Source: Candidatus Woesearchaeota archaeon (GTDB taxonomy: Archaea; Nanobdellota; Nanobdellia; Pacearchaeales; GW2011-AR1). Taken from it: a stretch of 64,000 nt of DNA. The notes under the pieces are model-generated. The model ran no database searches and was not told the DNA's origin. It was given only the letters and a program-made list of their open reading frames with translations. Below are positions 26,054 through 34,693 of the stretch, one piece after another (the first letter of the stretch is position 1; the number at the start of each line of letters is the position of its first letter). The position numbers and the translations under genes are program-made. Location of the stretch: positions 11,280 to 75,279 of the forward strand of contig CAZRMJ010000001.1 in NCBI GenBank assembly GCA_964601175.1, written 5' to 3'.

Positions 26054-26410
26054 TTTTTTCCACAATCCGTATGATACAAACATTACAGCTAGGAATACTA
26101 ATGGCATCAATATGTTAGATATTGATTCTCCTATGAATCCAAAAGATAACGACGCTCCAATTATATCTATTGTAAATCCAGCATAAGCCCATTCTTTTAT
26201 TGTTCTCCATTTTGTTTGAATTATGGCTACACCACCTAGAACTTTAGCTACTCCTAAAATTAAATTTAGGTATAATGGGTAACCTAACTGAATTAAAATT
26301 TGATTTCCTGCTTCATTTCCAGATAATTCTGAAAATCCGCTAAACAACATAAATGCAGCGAACAAAATTGTAGTAATCCAATACCAGATTTTTACAGATT
26401 TTTTACTCAT
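26033..26410 (-). CDS. DoxX-like membrane protein
   Basis: 125 aa, 4 TM, DoxX_2-like (LGYPLYLNLILGVAKVLGGVAI). Confidence 0.65.
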   Translation of the reverse strand: MSKKSVKIWYWITTILFAAFMLFSGFSELSGNEAGNQILIQLGYPLYLNLILGVAKVLGGVAIIQTKWRTIKEWAYAGFTIDIIGASLSFGFIGESISNILMPLVFLAVMFVSYGLWKKSSRSTF

Positions 26411-26449
26411 GTTGTTTAATGTGTTAATTTCCTTTTTATATCTTTACTA

Positions 26450-26689
26450 TTATCTGTGTTTACATCCTGCCCAACAACATGGTCTGCGTTTTCCATTCAA
26501 AAGATCTTCACACGTTCTCTTTACATGTTCTTTTCTTGTTTCTTCTTTTTTAACGCTAGTTGTCCAACATATCCACTCATTTTTTGCTAGAGGAGTAAGA
26601 TCTTTCCATTTTTCAATAAATTTTGTATTTGATTTTAGAGCCTTTTGTAAATCTGATGGCATTTTATGCATAAATTCTTTCTTCGGCAT
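26450..26689 (-). CDS. Small YdeI C-terminal-domain-like protein (ends RRPCCWAGCKHR)
   Basis: I take the internal ATG at 26689 (MPKKEFMHKMPSDLQKAL...LTPLAKNEWICW...KKEETRKEH). The 42-codon N-terminal extension in the track overlaps tRNA-Ser and is rejected. Confidence 0.65.
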   Translation of the reverse strand: MPKKEFMHKMPSDLQKALKSNTKFIEKWKDLTPLAKNEWICWTTSVKKEETRKEHVKRTCEDLLNGKRRPCCWAGCKHR

Positions 26690-26739
26690 GATATTGATTA
26701 TGTTTTTGAGTTTATAATTTGATTTATTATAAAGAAGTA

Positions 26740-26821
26740 CGCCCGGACCAGGAATCGAACCTGGAGATCCGTAAGGAAAACAGTTTTCGAGACTGTCGCA
26801 GTGCCATTGTGCCATCCGGGC
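26740..26821 (-). tRNA. tRNA-Ser (CGA), long variable arm
   Basis: Minus-strand read: GCCCGGA...ACAGT CTCGAAA ACTGT + variable arm + CCAGG TTCGATT CCTGG TCCGGGC G. 82 nt. Confidence 0.9.
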
Positions 26822-26867
26822 ATTAAAAAATTAGAAAATTAGAGCTTTTAAGTTTTACAACAGAAAT

Positions 26868-27116
26868 CTAGCCCCATCTCCATCTTGCCCTTTCACCTTT
26901 CCTACAACAAACAAAAATCAAAATAATAGTTAACACAATAAATGGAACAAAAACTCCTATCAAAGTATCGCTAACTGAATGAGATTTTATATCAACCATT
27001 CTAAATGTAAATAAAACAAGACCAAGATAAATAACAAGAACTAACCATCCCTCCCAAGAAGAAGGATACCAACCATAACCGTATCTTTTGGCTCTAAACC
27101 AAAGTTTTTTGGCCAT
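26868..27116 (-). CDS. Small membrane protein
   Basis: 82 aa. MAKKLWFRAKRYGYGWYPSSWEGW plus two TM helices. Confidence 0.5.
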   Translation of the reverse strand: MAKKLWFRAKRYGYGWYPSSWEGWLVLVIYLGLVLFTFRMVDIKSHSVSDTLIGVFVPFIVLTIILIFVCCRKGERARWRWG

Positions 27117-27164
27117 AACTAGTACAGTAGTTAGACTTTTAAATACTTAATCATTTAATATATC

Positions 27165-27593
27165 ATGAAAGTAAAAAGAGCTATTCTAATTTCAGTGGCA
27201 TTATATTTTGCAACGCTAGTAGTTGGAATATTATTAACATTACTTGCAATATACGCATTAAGCAGTCTTAGTACATCTCCAACATTTTATTGGGTAATAA
27301 CTATAATCACAACAGTCCTATTAACTAGCTTAGCTTGTTTCTGGTATTTCAGTAAAGCTCAAAGAACAACTAAAGAAGGATTTTTCTTAGGATTAACATT
27401 TGTACTTGTAGCCTTCGTACTCGATATTATTTCATTCTTATTATTCTCTAGAGGAAATGCATTGCTATTAATCAAACAATATTACGGAAACATATCATTC
27501 TATGTAGTAATGTTATTGGTAATTGCAACTTCAGTATTTGTAGGATCAAATACATTATTCAGTTCAAAAAAGATCAAGTCTTCAAGAAAGTGA
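27165..27593 (+). CDS. Membrane protein (4 TM)
   Basis: 142 aa, ATG start, hydrophobic. Confidence 0.5.
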   Translation: MKVKRAILISVALYFATLVVGILLTLLAIYALSSLSTSPTFYWVITIITTVLLTSLACFWYFSKAQRTTKEGFFLGLTFVLVAFVLDIISFLLFSRGNALLLIKQYYGNISFYVVMLLVIATSVFVGSNTLFSSKKIKSSRK

Positions 27594-27624
27594 ATTAGCT
27601 TTAGTATAGTAAAATATAATAACT

Positions 27625-28455
27625 TTGGAGATATTAACCTCTGTGAATTTAAATCAACAGGAAACAATAAATAAGTTAAAAGAGTTAGAAATTAAATTTG
27701 GAAGAAGACCTGTAAAAAGAGATAATAGTAGCCTTTATTCTTTGTCAAGAAAATATTTTGGAACTTGGAATAAAATGTTGTCTAAAGCTGACTATATATG
27801 TAGAGATTTTCAAAAACCTATTATTCCTGAAGAGATGTCTGGTGAATTAGGATATTTTCTAGGTTTAGTTTCAACTGATGGACACATTCAAGTTGTAAAA
27901 AAAAGCGAGAATTATAGACTAATGATATACACTAGCGAAAAAGAAGAGGTAGATCTAATAGTAAAACTTATTTTAAGATTATTTAATTATAAAGCATCAG
28001 TTAAATTAAGAAAGACAGGTTTTAAAAACAGCAGACTAAATTATGAAATTTATATCTCCTCAAAGAACGTCGTAATGTTTGTTAATAGTTTGGGAATTCC
28101 TATTGGAGCAAAATCAACTATAATAGAATTCCCTAAAATATTTATCAATGAAAGAAAATATCTATGGGATTATATAAGAGGTGTTTTTGACGGAGATGGG
28201 TCAATAATACATAGCGGAAACAACCAATTATTTAAGATTAGTTCTGGTTCAATAAAGTTTTTAGAAGGATTACATAAAATATTCATCAATGAGGGGTTCA
28301 ATAAATTTAGGATAAATAAAGATAATAGAGGAAATGTTTGGGATTTAAGGAATAATACTAAATCTGATTTAAATAGATTATATCTTGAGATATATAAAGA
28401 TCCAAAATTTTATTATCCAAGAAAGAAGTTAAAATGGAAAGGACATCATATTTAA
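27625..28455 (+). CDS. Free-standing double-motif LAGLIDADG endonuclease-like protein
   Basis: 276 aa. LGYFLGLVSTDGHI and WDYIRGVFDGDGSI are the two LAGLIDADG motifs. The track start is TTG; a GTG at 27643 is an alternative, so the N-terminus is uncertain. Confidence 0.8.
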   Translation: MEILTSVNLNQQETINKLKELEIKFGRRPVKRDNSSLYSLSRKYFGTWNKMLSKADYICRDFQKPIIPEEMSGELGYFLGLVSTDGHIQVVKKSENYRLMIYTSEKEEVDLIVKLILRLFNYKASVKLRKTGFKNSRLNYEIYISSKNVVMFVNSLGIPIGAKSTIIEFPKIFINERKYLWDYIRGVFDGDGSIIHSGNNQLFKISSGSIKFLEGLHKIFINEGFNKFRINKDNRGNVWDLRNNTKSDLNRLYLEIYKDPKFYYPRKKLKWKGHHI

Positions 28456-28481
28456 AAATCAAGATTTTTAAGTATCTATAT

Positions 28482-28634
28482 CCCCTCATAGCTTAGTGGT
28501 AAAGCACGCGGCTGTAGGATAGCGCAGACATTTTCCTTCCTTGGAAATTAGAGTGAAGCGCAATCAGCATGGTTTCGTTAGAAATCAAGGTATGTAGAAC
28601 CCGCGGTAGCCAAGTTCGATTCTTGGTGGGGGGA
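28482..28634 (+). tRNA. tRNA-Tyr (GUA) with a long intron at or near the canonical 37/38 position
   Basis: CCCCTCA TA GCTT AGTGGTA AAGC A CGCGG CTGTAG [intron] C CCGCG GTAG CCAAG TTCGATT CTTGG TGGGGGG A. C1:G72 is the archaeal/eukaryal Tyr identity pair. About 71 nt once spliced. Confidence 0.85.
28518..28599 (+). other. tRNA-Tyr intron (~82 nt; boundaries approximate)
   Basis: Sequence lying between the two halves of the anticodon arm. UGUAG is repeated at both junctions (28513-28517 and 28593-28597). Internal hairpin ttcc..ttggaa. Confidence 0.6.
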
Positions 28635-28647
28635 TAAATCCCTTAAA

Positions 28648-28980
28648 GTGATTAAATTAGAGATGGATAAAGTATTTGTTAATCCCATAGAAGAAATATT
28701 AAATATATTTTGGAGCACAACGTTTAATTTTTTAAAAGACCCTGCTAAGCTAATAATACCAATATTATTTGCCATAATTGTAGAAAAGGTCGAAGGGAAG
28801 CTAAATTCAATGAAGATAATTTTTCCAGTTAAGAAACCAACAAAAAATTTACATTATCTATTAAATTTTTTAGTAAGAATTTTTATTTCAATTATATTAA
28901 CTTCAATATTGTTTTTTATTTTAGCCGTATTTATCGCAATTAGTCTAGCTTTTATTGGATTTATATTAAACATTATTTGA
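28648..28980 (+). CDS. Possible membrane protein
   Basis: 110-aa ORF with GTG start; an ATG at 28663 is an alternative. Hydrophobic C-terminal half. Confidence 0.35.
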   Translation: MIKLEMDKVFVNPIEEILNIFWSTTFNFLKDPAKLIIPILFAIIVEKVEGKLNSMKIIFPVKKPTKNLHYLLNFLVRIFISIILTSILFFILAVFIAISLAFIGFILNII

Positions 28981-29031
28981 AAAATAGCAAATAATAGAAC
29001 AAAATGCATTTAACAAGCAAAATAATTTATA

Positions 29032-29955
29032 TTAATATTCTATCTTAATCTCGCTTCCATCTCTTGCAACATAGACATAATAATTTCTAGTTTCTTTATC
29101 TACTGTTACTTTTTTTCCATTCTCGCAAGACATGCCATTCAAAACATAAATTGGCCTACCTTGAGAAGATTCAACGGACCATTCTGTAGTTACCGCAGTA
29201 TACCATCTATAATTTATAGATCCCGAAACGCTTTTATCCCAACGAGAAACTATCATATTGTCACAATAAAGCCTCTCCGGATATTGTCCTTTGTATTTTC
29301 CAGAATAACAATTATCAAAATTCTTCTCTATCCTCCACACATCAGTACTTATTAAGGTATTGAGTGCTAATGTGGAAAGTTCTCTTAATGGTAGGGATTC
29401 TGTAGTGCTAGGACATGAAAGTTTATCCTCTGAGATTATTGTAGGATTATTTTGATTTTGATAAGATAGGGTTATTTTAGTAATCTGTCCTAGATTTCCC
29501 AAATTACCTATTACAAGCAATAATAAAAGAACAAAAGAGATCCAAGGTAAAGTTTTATATCTTAGCTTAGCTTTTTCAATCAACATTATTGTTCCCCCAA
29601 TAAAGAGGCTAGTAATAAAAGATAAAAAGATACTTTTTTGGATAACAGTCTCCGTAAATATATAGCTATTAACCACCCAAATAATAGTAGAATATACTAA
29701 TAAATAAAAAATAAACCATCTAAGACTAAAATCTTCATGATTATGACTTCTAAATGCTTGCACTACTATTGAAATAAACAAAGCCGTGAGAAAATTTACT
29801 GCAAAACTATTTCCTATTGCTAATTTGTTAACAAGATAACTGCCTATTAATAAGGCTATAAAAGAGACTAAGAACCATTTAGTAAACTCTAGGAATTTTC
29901 CCTTGAATTTAGAATTACTAGTGTTTAAACTCACAGTCAAAAGTAGTTTATTCAA
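29032..29955 (-). CDS. Membrane protein with C-terminal extracytoplasmic domain
   Basis: 307 aa. About 5 N-terminal TM helices, then a ~140-aa Cys/Tyr/Trp-containing soluble domain. Confidence 0.55.
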   Translation of the reverse strand: MNKLLLTVSLNTSNSKFKGKFLEFTKWFLVSFIALLIGSYLVNKLAIGNSFAVNFLTALFISIVVQAFRSHNHEDFSLRWFIFYLLVYSTIIWVVNSYIFTETVIQKSIFLSFITSLFIGGTIMLIEKAKLRYKTLPWISFVLLLLLVIGNLGNLGQITKITLSYQNQNNPTIISEDKLSCPSTTESLPLRELSTLALNTLISTDVWRIEKNFDNCYSGKYKGQYPERLYCDNMIVSRWDKSVSGSINYRWYTAVTTEWSVESSQGRPIYVLNGMSCENGKKVTVDKETRNYYVYVARDGSEIKIEY

Positions 29956-30145
29956 TATATAAATATTATCTGTAACTTAGATTATATCTTTTAGACGTAA
30001 TATTATGATTAAAAAAGAAATAAGAGTATTAATAAAAAATCTTAAATCCCAAAGATAGCGAACTAAAAATACTTCTCTTAATCAAGAGATAGAACCTTGC
30101 CGTTTAGTATAATAAAGTTTATATTCGATAATTATTTAACAATAG

Positions 30146-30751
30146 ATGTTCGACTCTCCAGAAGAAACTAAGAAGTCTAAAGAAAAGATAACAGATATAT
30201 TTGGTGAAGCCTCAGAGGAAGTTCTAGATATTATAATGGATGTCGCTAGAGCAAGAGTTAGACAAGAATTACCTTTTCTTAAAAAAAACATTAAAAAAAT
30301 GCAATTAAAAAGAGGTGCAGCACTGGAAGCATCAATAGTGATTGAACACGCTTACAACAACTTTCTTCCTTTTTTTACACCTCTTACTAAAGATGAAGTC
30401 ATTAGTTTAAGATTTGGTGATAAAACTAAAAAAGTAAAAGAAATAATAAATGAACATATTGAGGAAGGAATCTTTAAAGAAGAACTATTAAATGATCTAG
30501 ATGAAATAAGATTAATGAGAAATCTATTTGCTCATGTTCCAATAAATTACGAATCTGAAAAATTGCAATTCAATAAACATGATAGATATTATATTGAAGC
30601 AGAAGATAAAAAATACAAAGAAATGGAATTAGAAGATATAGCAAACTCTTTTGATAAAAAAAGCAAAGAATTTAACCAAAAAATATTCAAAGTTATCAAA
30701 ATATTAATTTTAAAAGGCATAAACAACCCCCCACCTAAACTTGAACTGTAA
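30146..30751 (+). CDS. Hypothetical protein with HEPN-like RNxxxH motif
   Basis: 201 aa. LDEIRLMRNLFAHVP fits the R-x4-H signature of HEPN/Abi-type domains. The rest looks helical. Confidence 0.4.
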   Translation: MFDSPEETKKSKEKITDIFGEASEEVLDIIMDVARARVRQELPFLKKNIKKMQLKRGAALEASIVIEHAYNNFLPFFTPLTKDEVISLRFGDKTKKVKEIINEHIEEGIFKEELLNDLDEIRLMRNLFAHVPINYESEKLQFNKHDRYYIEAEDKKYKEMELEDIANSFDKKSKEFNQKIFKVIKILILKGINNPPPKLEL

Positions 30752-30804
30752 TGGTTTACCATTAGTCAAGAGACATTTTTAAACACAAATCGCATTAAAC
30801 AAAC

Positions 30805-31566
30805 ATGTTAATTGATGTTCATTGCCACTTAGACAAACTCATAGAAGAGGGTATTTCCGCTGATAAAGCGATAAAAAATGCTCATAAGAATGGCGTAGAA
30901 GTTATGATTGTGAATGGCACAAATCCTGAACAAAATAAAATAATTCTAGATTTAGCAAAAAAACATCCTGAAGTAAAACCAGCATTAGGGATTTATCCCC
31001 TAGATGCTCTAAAGCTATCTGATAAAGAAATAGACAACGAAATAAAATTCATTTTAGAAAATAAAGAAAAAGTAATGGCAATAGGAGAAGTTGGCCTTGA
31101 TCTAAAAGAAGAAGAATTGCATAAAACACTAGACAAACAAAAAAACAATTTAACTAAATTCATAGAATTAGCTATAAAATTAGATAAACCTATAATAATC
31201 CATTCAAGAAAAGCTGAATTGCATACAATAGAATTATTGGAAAAATTAAACGTAAAAAAAGTTATAATGCATTGTTTCTCAGGAAAAATGTCTTTAGTAG
31301 AAAGAATTGCAAAAAACTCTTGGTACCTAAGCATCCCTGCAAACTCGCATTACAACCAACAATTCCAAGATGTAATAAAAAGAATCCCAATTCAAAATCT
31401 ATTATGTGAAACAGATACTCCTTATTTGCATCCATTAAAAGAATGGCCAAATGAACCTGCAAATGTAATATACAGTTACAAAAAAATAGCAGAGATTAAA
31501 GGAATAAAAATTAAAGAAGTAGAAAAAGAGATAGAAAGCAACTTCAAAAAACTATTTGGCAAATAA
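30805..31566 (+). CDS. tatD: TatD-family metal-dependent hydrolase/DNase
   Basis: 253 aa. IDVHCHL start, EVGLD, IIHSR, HCFSG and ETDTPYL motifs. Confidence 0.9.
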   Translation: MLIDVHCHLDKLIEEGISADKAIKNAHKNGVEVMIVNGTNPEQNKIILDLAKKHPEVKPALGIYPLDALKLSDKEIDNEIKFILENKEKVMAIGEVGLDLKEEELHKTLDKQKNNLTKFIELAIKLDKPIIIHSRKAELHTIELLEKLNVKKVIMHCFSGKMSLVERIAKNSWYLSIPANSHYNQQFQDVIKRIPIQNLLCETDTPYLHPLKEWPNEPANVIYSYKKIAEIKGIKIKEVEKEIESNFKKLFGK

Positions 31567-31597
31567 GATTTATTAACTTAAAAAACAAATAAAATAC

Positions 31598-31855
31598 ATG
31601 ACTGTTGCAGATATTCTAGGATGGATTGGTGCATTTCTATTGTTATTAGCTTATTTTCTATTAGTTCATAAAAATTTAACGAGTAGATCAAAAAGATATC
31701 AAGGACTAAATGTTTTAGGAGCATTACTATTGGCAATTAGCACATATGAAAAAGGGGCATTCCCATCATTTTGGACTAATGTAGCATGGTTTTTCATCGG
31801 ATTATATGGTGTATTCCATATAGTAAAACATAGAAGGTCCATAAAAAAGAGATGA
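31598..31855 (+). CDS. Small membrane protein (3 TM)
   Basis: 85 aa, ATG start. 4-nt overlap with the next gene. Confidence 0.5.
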   Translation: MTVADILGWIGAFLLLLAYFLLVHKNLTSRSKRYQGLNVLGALLLAISTYEKGAFPSFWTNVAWFFIGLYGVFHIVKHRRSIKKR

Positions 31856-32460
31856 AAAAAACAACAAATAAGAAAATAACAAATTTCTTAGGGATATTAT
31901 TTATTGTATGGGGGATAGCCTCAATAATAGATGGAGTTATAGAAGCTAGATGGGGTGCAGCATCAATTCTATGGCTTAGTTATGTAGCCTTATTAGTCAC
32001 AGGAATAGGAATCTTAAGAAGAGATTCTAGCCTCATAGCAAGTCAAATAGCAATTATAGGAATCCCTTATGTTTTGTGGAACATAGATTTTTTCTACAAT
32101 TTATTTACTCAAAAAAGCCTATGGGGAATTACAGATTACTTTTTCACGCAAGGTCCTCTAATTAGTAAAATAATCCCATTACAGCACGTATTTAACATTC
32201 CGTTAAGCCTATATGCAATTTACCTAATAGGTCTGAAAAGAAAAGATTTCTGGAGAATAAGTATAATAGAAATAGCAATACTCTTTGTTATTACAAGACT
32301 AGCAACAACATATGATGAAAATGTAAACTGCATATACCATAACTGTGCAAACTTCGACTTAGGAATATTTTACCCAATAGAATGGTTTGCAGCATTAATA
32401 ATAGTAATATTTGTAACCAGATCCATTCTAATAAAATGCTTTTATAAAAAAGAAAAGTAA
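31852..32460 (+). CDS. Membrane protein
   Basis: 202 aa, about 6 TM. Confidence 0.5.
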   Translation: MKKTTNKKITNFLGILFIVWGIASIIDGVIEARWGAASILWLSYVALLVTGIGILRRDSSLIASQIAIIGIPYVLWNIDFFYNLFTQKSLWGITDYFFTQGPLISKIIPLQHVFNIPLSLYAIYLIGLKRKDFWRISIIEIAILFVITRLATTYDENVNCIYHNCANFDLGIFYPIEWFAALIIVIFVTRSILIKCFYKKEK

Positions 32461-32487
32461 TTTAAATCAAATTTTTAAGAAAATAAT

Positions 32488-32724
32488 ATGAGTTATTTTC
32501 CCTTAGATAATAGACATCAAGCAGTTATAACAGATAGAAGAGAAAGAGAAGGAATTCAAAGAATTACTTTATATGCGGGAGAAATGACTGCAACGGTAAT
32601 AGATTCTAATAATCATCCATTAGGAAGATTTAGAATTCCTGCAAAAAAATCAAGAAAAGAAGCAGTAGAGGATATAATCATAAGAGAAGCTGAAGCAATA
32701 ATCAGCAATAGCCTAAAAAAATAA
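32488..32724 (+). CDS. Hypothetical protein
   Basis: 78-aa ORF, ATG start. Confidence 0.4.
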   Translation: MSYFPLDNRHQAVITDRREREGIQRITLYAGEMTATVIDSNNHPLGRFRIPAKKSRKEAVEDIIIREAEAIISNSLKK

Positions 32725-32741
32725 AATAAAATAAAAAATAA

Positions 32742-33527
32742 TTAGTTACTAAGCTCTGATTCTATCAAAGCTTTAATTTGTGAATAAGGTACTGCACCGC
32801 TAACAAGTTGGCCGTTAACAAAGAACGAAGGTGTTCCTTGAGCTCCAGCAGCTATGCCTTCATTTTGCTCATCATCAAATCTTGAATCATATCTCTTTGA
32901 ATCAAGACAACTTTGAAGCTTACTCATATCCGCTCCAACAGTCTTAGCTAAAGCAGTCATTTTTGCAAGGTCCTCAACATCAGCTTGATTTTCAAAAGCC
33001 TTAGGATAGAATTTCCAGTATAAATCAGAACTCTGATCATTCAAACACCATGCAACAAGTTGTGCAGGATGTCCCCCACTGTGACCCATCATGTATTTAA
33101 CAGCAATTTTTACTTTTCCTGTTTGAACATAATCCTTCATAACATTAGTTACTATAGGCTCCCAAGATGAACTTCTCTGCTTCATATAAGAAACTAATTC
33201 TTCATTATCTCCAGAAGCAGCAGCACAAAATGGACATGAGAAGTCTGAAAATTCTACAATTGTAACGGGAGCATTTTTATCTCCAATAACTGGAGCATTT
33301 CCTATATCTATTTGAGCTCTCTGTGTAGGTTGCAAAGTCTGACCTTGTTGATTAACAACATTTCCAGTTGGACTTTTACCAGGTAAAACCATTAACACAA
33401 CTAATAAAATAACAACACCCAACAAAGCGAATGTTGAATATTTCCAAAGAGTGTCTTTCCTTATTGTAATTGTATCACTTTTTTGTGTTTCCATATCTAA
33501 ACCCCCTTTCATTTGCTTATTTTCCAT
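32742..33527 (-). CDS. Membrane-anchored DsbA-family thiol:disulfide oxidoreductase (CPFC)
   Basis: 261 aa. TM anchor. VTIVEFSDFSCPFCAAA and GTPSFFVNG are DsbA/thioredoxin-fold motifs. Confidence 0.85.
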   Translation of the reverse strand: MENKQMKGGLDMETQKSDTITIRKDTLWKYSTFALLGVVILLVVLMVLPGKSPTGNVVNQQGQTLQPTQRAQIDIGNAPVIGDKNAPVTIVEFSDFSCPFCAAASGDNEELVSYMKQRSSSWEPIVTNVMKDYVQTGKVKIAVKYMMGHSGGHPAQLVAWCLNDQSSDLYWKFYPKAFENQADVEDLAKMTALAKTVGADMSKLQSCLDSKRYDSRFDDEQNEGIAAGAQGTPSFFVNGQLVSGAVPYSQIKALIESELSN

Positions 33528-33586
33528 GATTAAAAATTACGATTCAGGTTTAATAAAGGTTTTGATAAGTTCATTTATAGCTAAGA

Positions 33587-33880
33587 TTAAGCTACAATGC
33601 CTACTAAATCGCTAGTTTGACGACTAAATATTCCATTTACAACTCTTCCAACTAAATCTCTCGGATTAGAAACTCCAAGACTCCTCAAAAATAAAGGAAA
33701 AGTGGTTGGATCATTAAAAGAAGCCCCATAAAATTGACCATTCAAAGTACCAGTTATTGCCATTCTTGTAGCGCTAGTAGACCAATGAATTTTACCCTCC
33801 ATATTATAAAAGTCACTTTCAGGAAAAAGAATTTTATCAAAAACTCCAGATATAGAATAAACATTTACCATAAAAATCAA
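33587..33880 (-). CDS. Hypothetical protein
   Basis: 97-aa ORF. Confidence 0.4.
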   Translation of the reverse strand: MIFMVNVYSISGVFDKILFPESDFYNMEGKIHWSTSATRMAITGTLNGQFYGASFNDPTTFPLFLRSLGVSNPRDLVGRVVNGIFSRQTSDLVGIVA

Positions 33881-33919
33881 TCTAAAAGTGTATATTTAAA
33901 CTTTATCGTATGTTTCTAG

Positions 33920-34441
33920 TCATATCAAAAGCTTACCTATTTTATTAGATATGCTCCAGTTTGCATAACCCAACAAAATTATCGCTAAAAATGAGACTTC
34001 TAATCCTTGAAATGGCAATGCGATAAGAAATCCACTTATTCCAAGAAGAGAAGCTATTCCAATTCCGCAAACTCCTCCAACAAAACACCCAGGGGCAATT
34101 ATCCCTAAGAATACTGCAATAGTTCCAAACAAAGAAGTAGATTTAACACTCTTCAATTTCTTTGTTAAAAAGACACTAAGAGCAATATAAGATCCAAAAA
34201 GAATTGAGATTAAAATCATTCCAATCCATGAAACGCGAGAACTAATTCCAGGAAGTGGAAAAAGATAAGAGTACATTGTGCTAATTAATTTTGCAAAACC
34301 TTGAGTCTGAAGAATCAATCTAAATCCACTAAAGTGAGATATAGTTAAATCCAAAACATAAAAAAATAAAGCACCAAATAAAAAAAGAAATATATATGAA
34401 GGTTTAGAAAAAACTCTTTTAATTCCTTGAATAAATTTCAT
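33920..34441 (-). CDS. Membrane protein with intramembrane Cys pair (GCFVGGVCG)
   Basis: 173 aa, about 5 TM. 4-nt overlap with the upstream 74-aa gene. Confidence 0.5.
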   Translation of the reverse strand: MKFIQGIKRVFSKPSYIFLFLFGALFFYVLDLTISHFSGFRLILQTQGFAKLISTMYSYLFPLPGISSRVSWIGMILISILFGSYIALSVFLTKKLKSVKSTSLFGTIAVFLGIIAPGCFVGGVCGIGIASLLGISGFLIALPFQGLEVSFLAIILLGYANWSISNKIGKLLI

Positions 34442-34662
34442 ATAAATTTCACCTTCTTAATACCTGTCAAGATTAGAATTATTGAAATTGTTAAATATAA
34501 TGCTAATATGTAAGCATTATGAAATATCAAAGTCCCAAATAAGCTATCTTCAACAACATAATTGTTACCATATTCTGAATTGTATCTTACAAAGTAACTC
34601 AAAAATAAAACTGCTAAAATTAAAATGCCAAGTATAAATCTAAATTTGTTAACAAATTTCAT
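34438..34662 (-). CDS. Small membrane protein
   Basis: 74 aa, 2 TM. Confidence 0.45.
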   Translation of the reverse strand: MKFVNKFRFILGILILAVLFLSYFVRYNSEYGNNYVVEDSLFGTLIFHNAYILALYLTISIILILTGIKKVKFI

Positions 34663-34693
34663 GAATTAAAAAGCTAAAAAGAGTTTTTAATTA

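Noticed and set aside
26690-26815. N-terminal 42 codons of the 121-aa track ORF
   Set aside because: This segment is the antisense image of tRNA-Ser(CGA). The conserved YdeI-C-terminal-like sequence begins at the internal ATG at 26689.
28518-28599. C/D-box sRNA inside the tRNA-Tyr intron
   Set aside because: I looked for RUGAUGA and CUGA boxes, because some archaeal tRNA introns encode guide RNAs. Neither box is present in either orientation.
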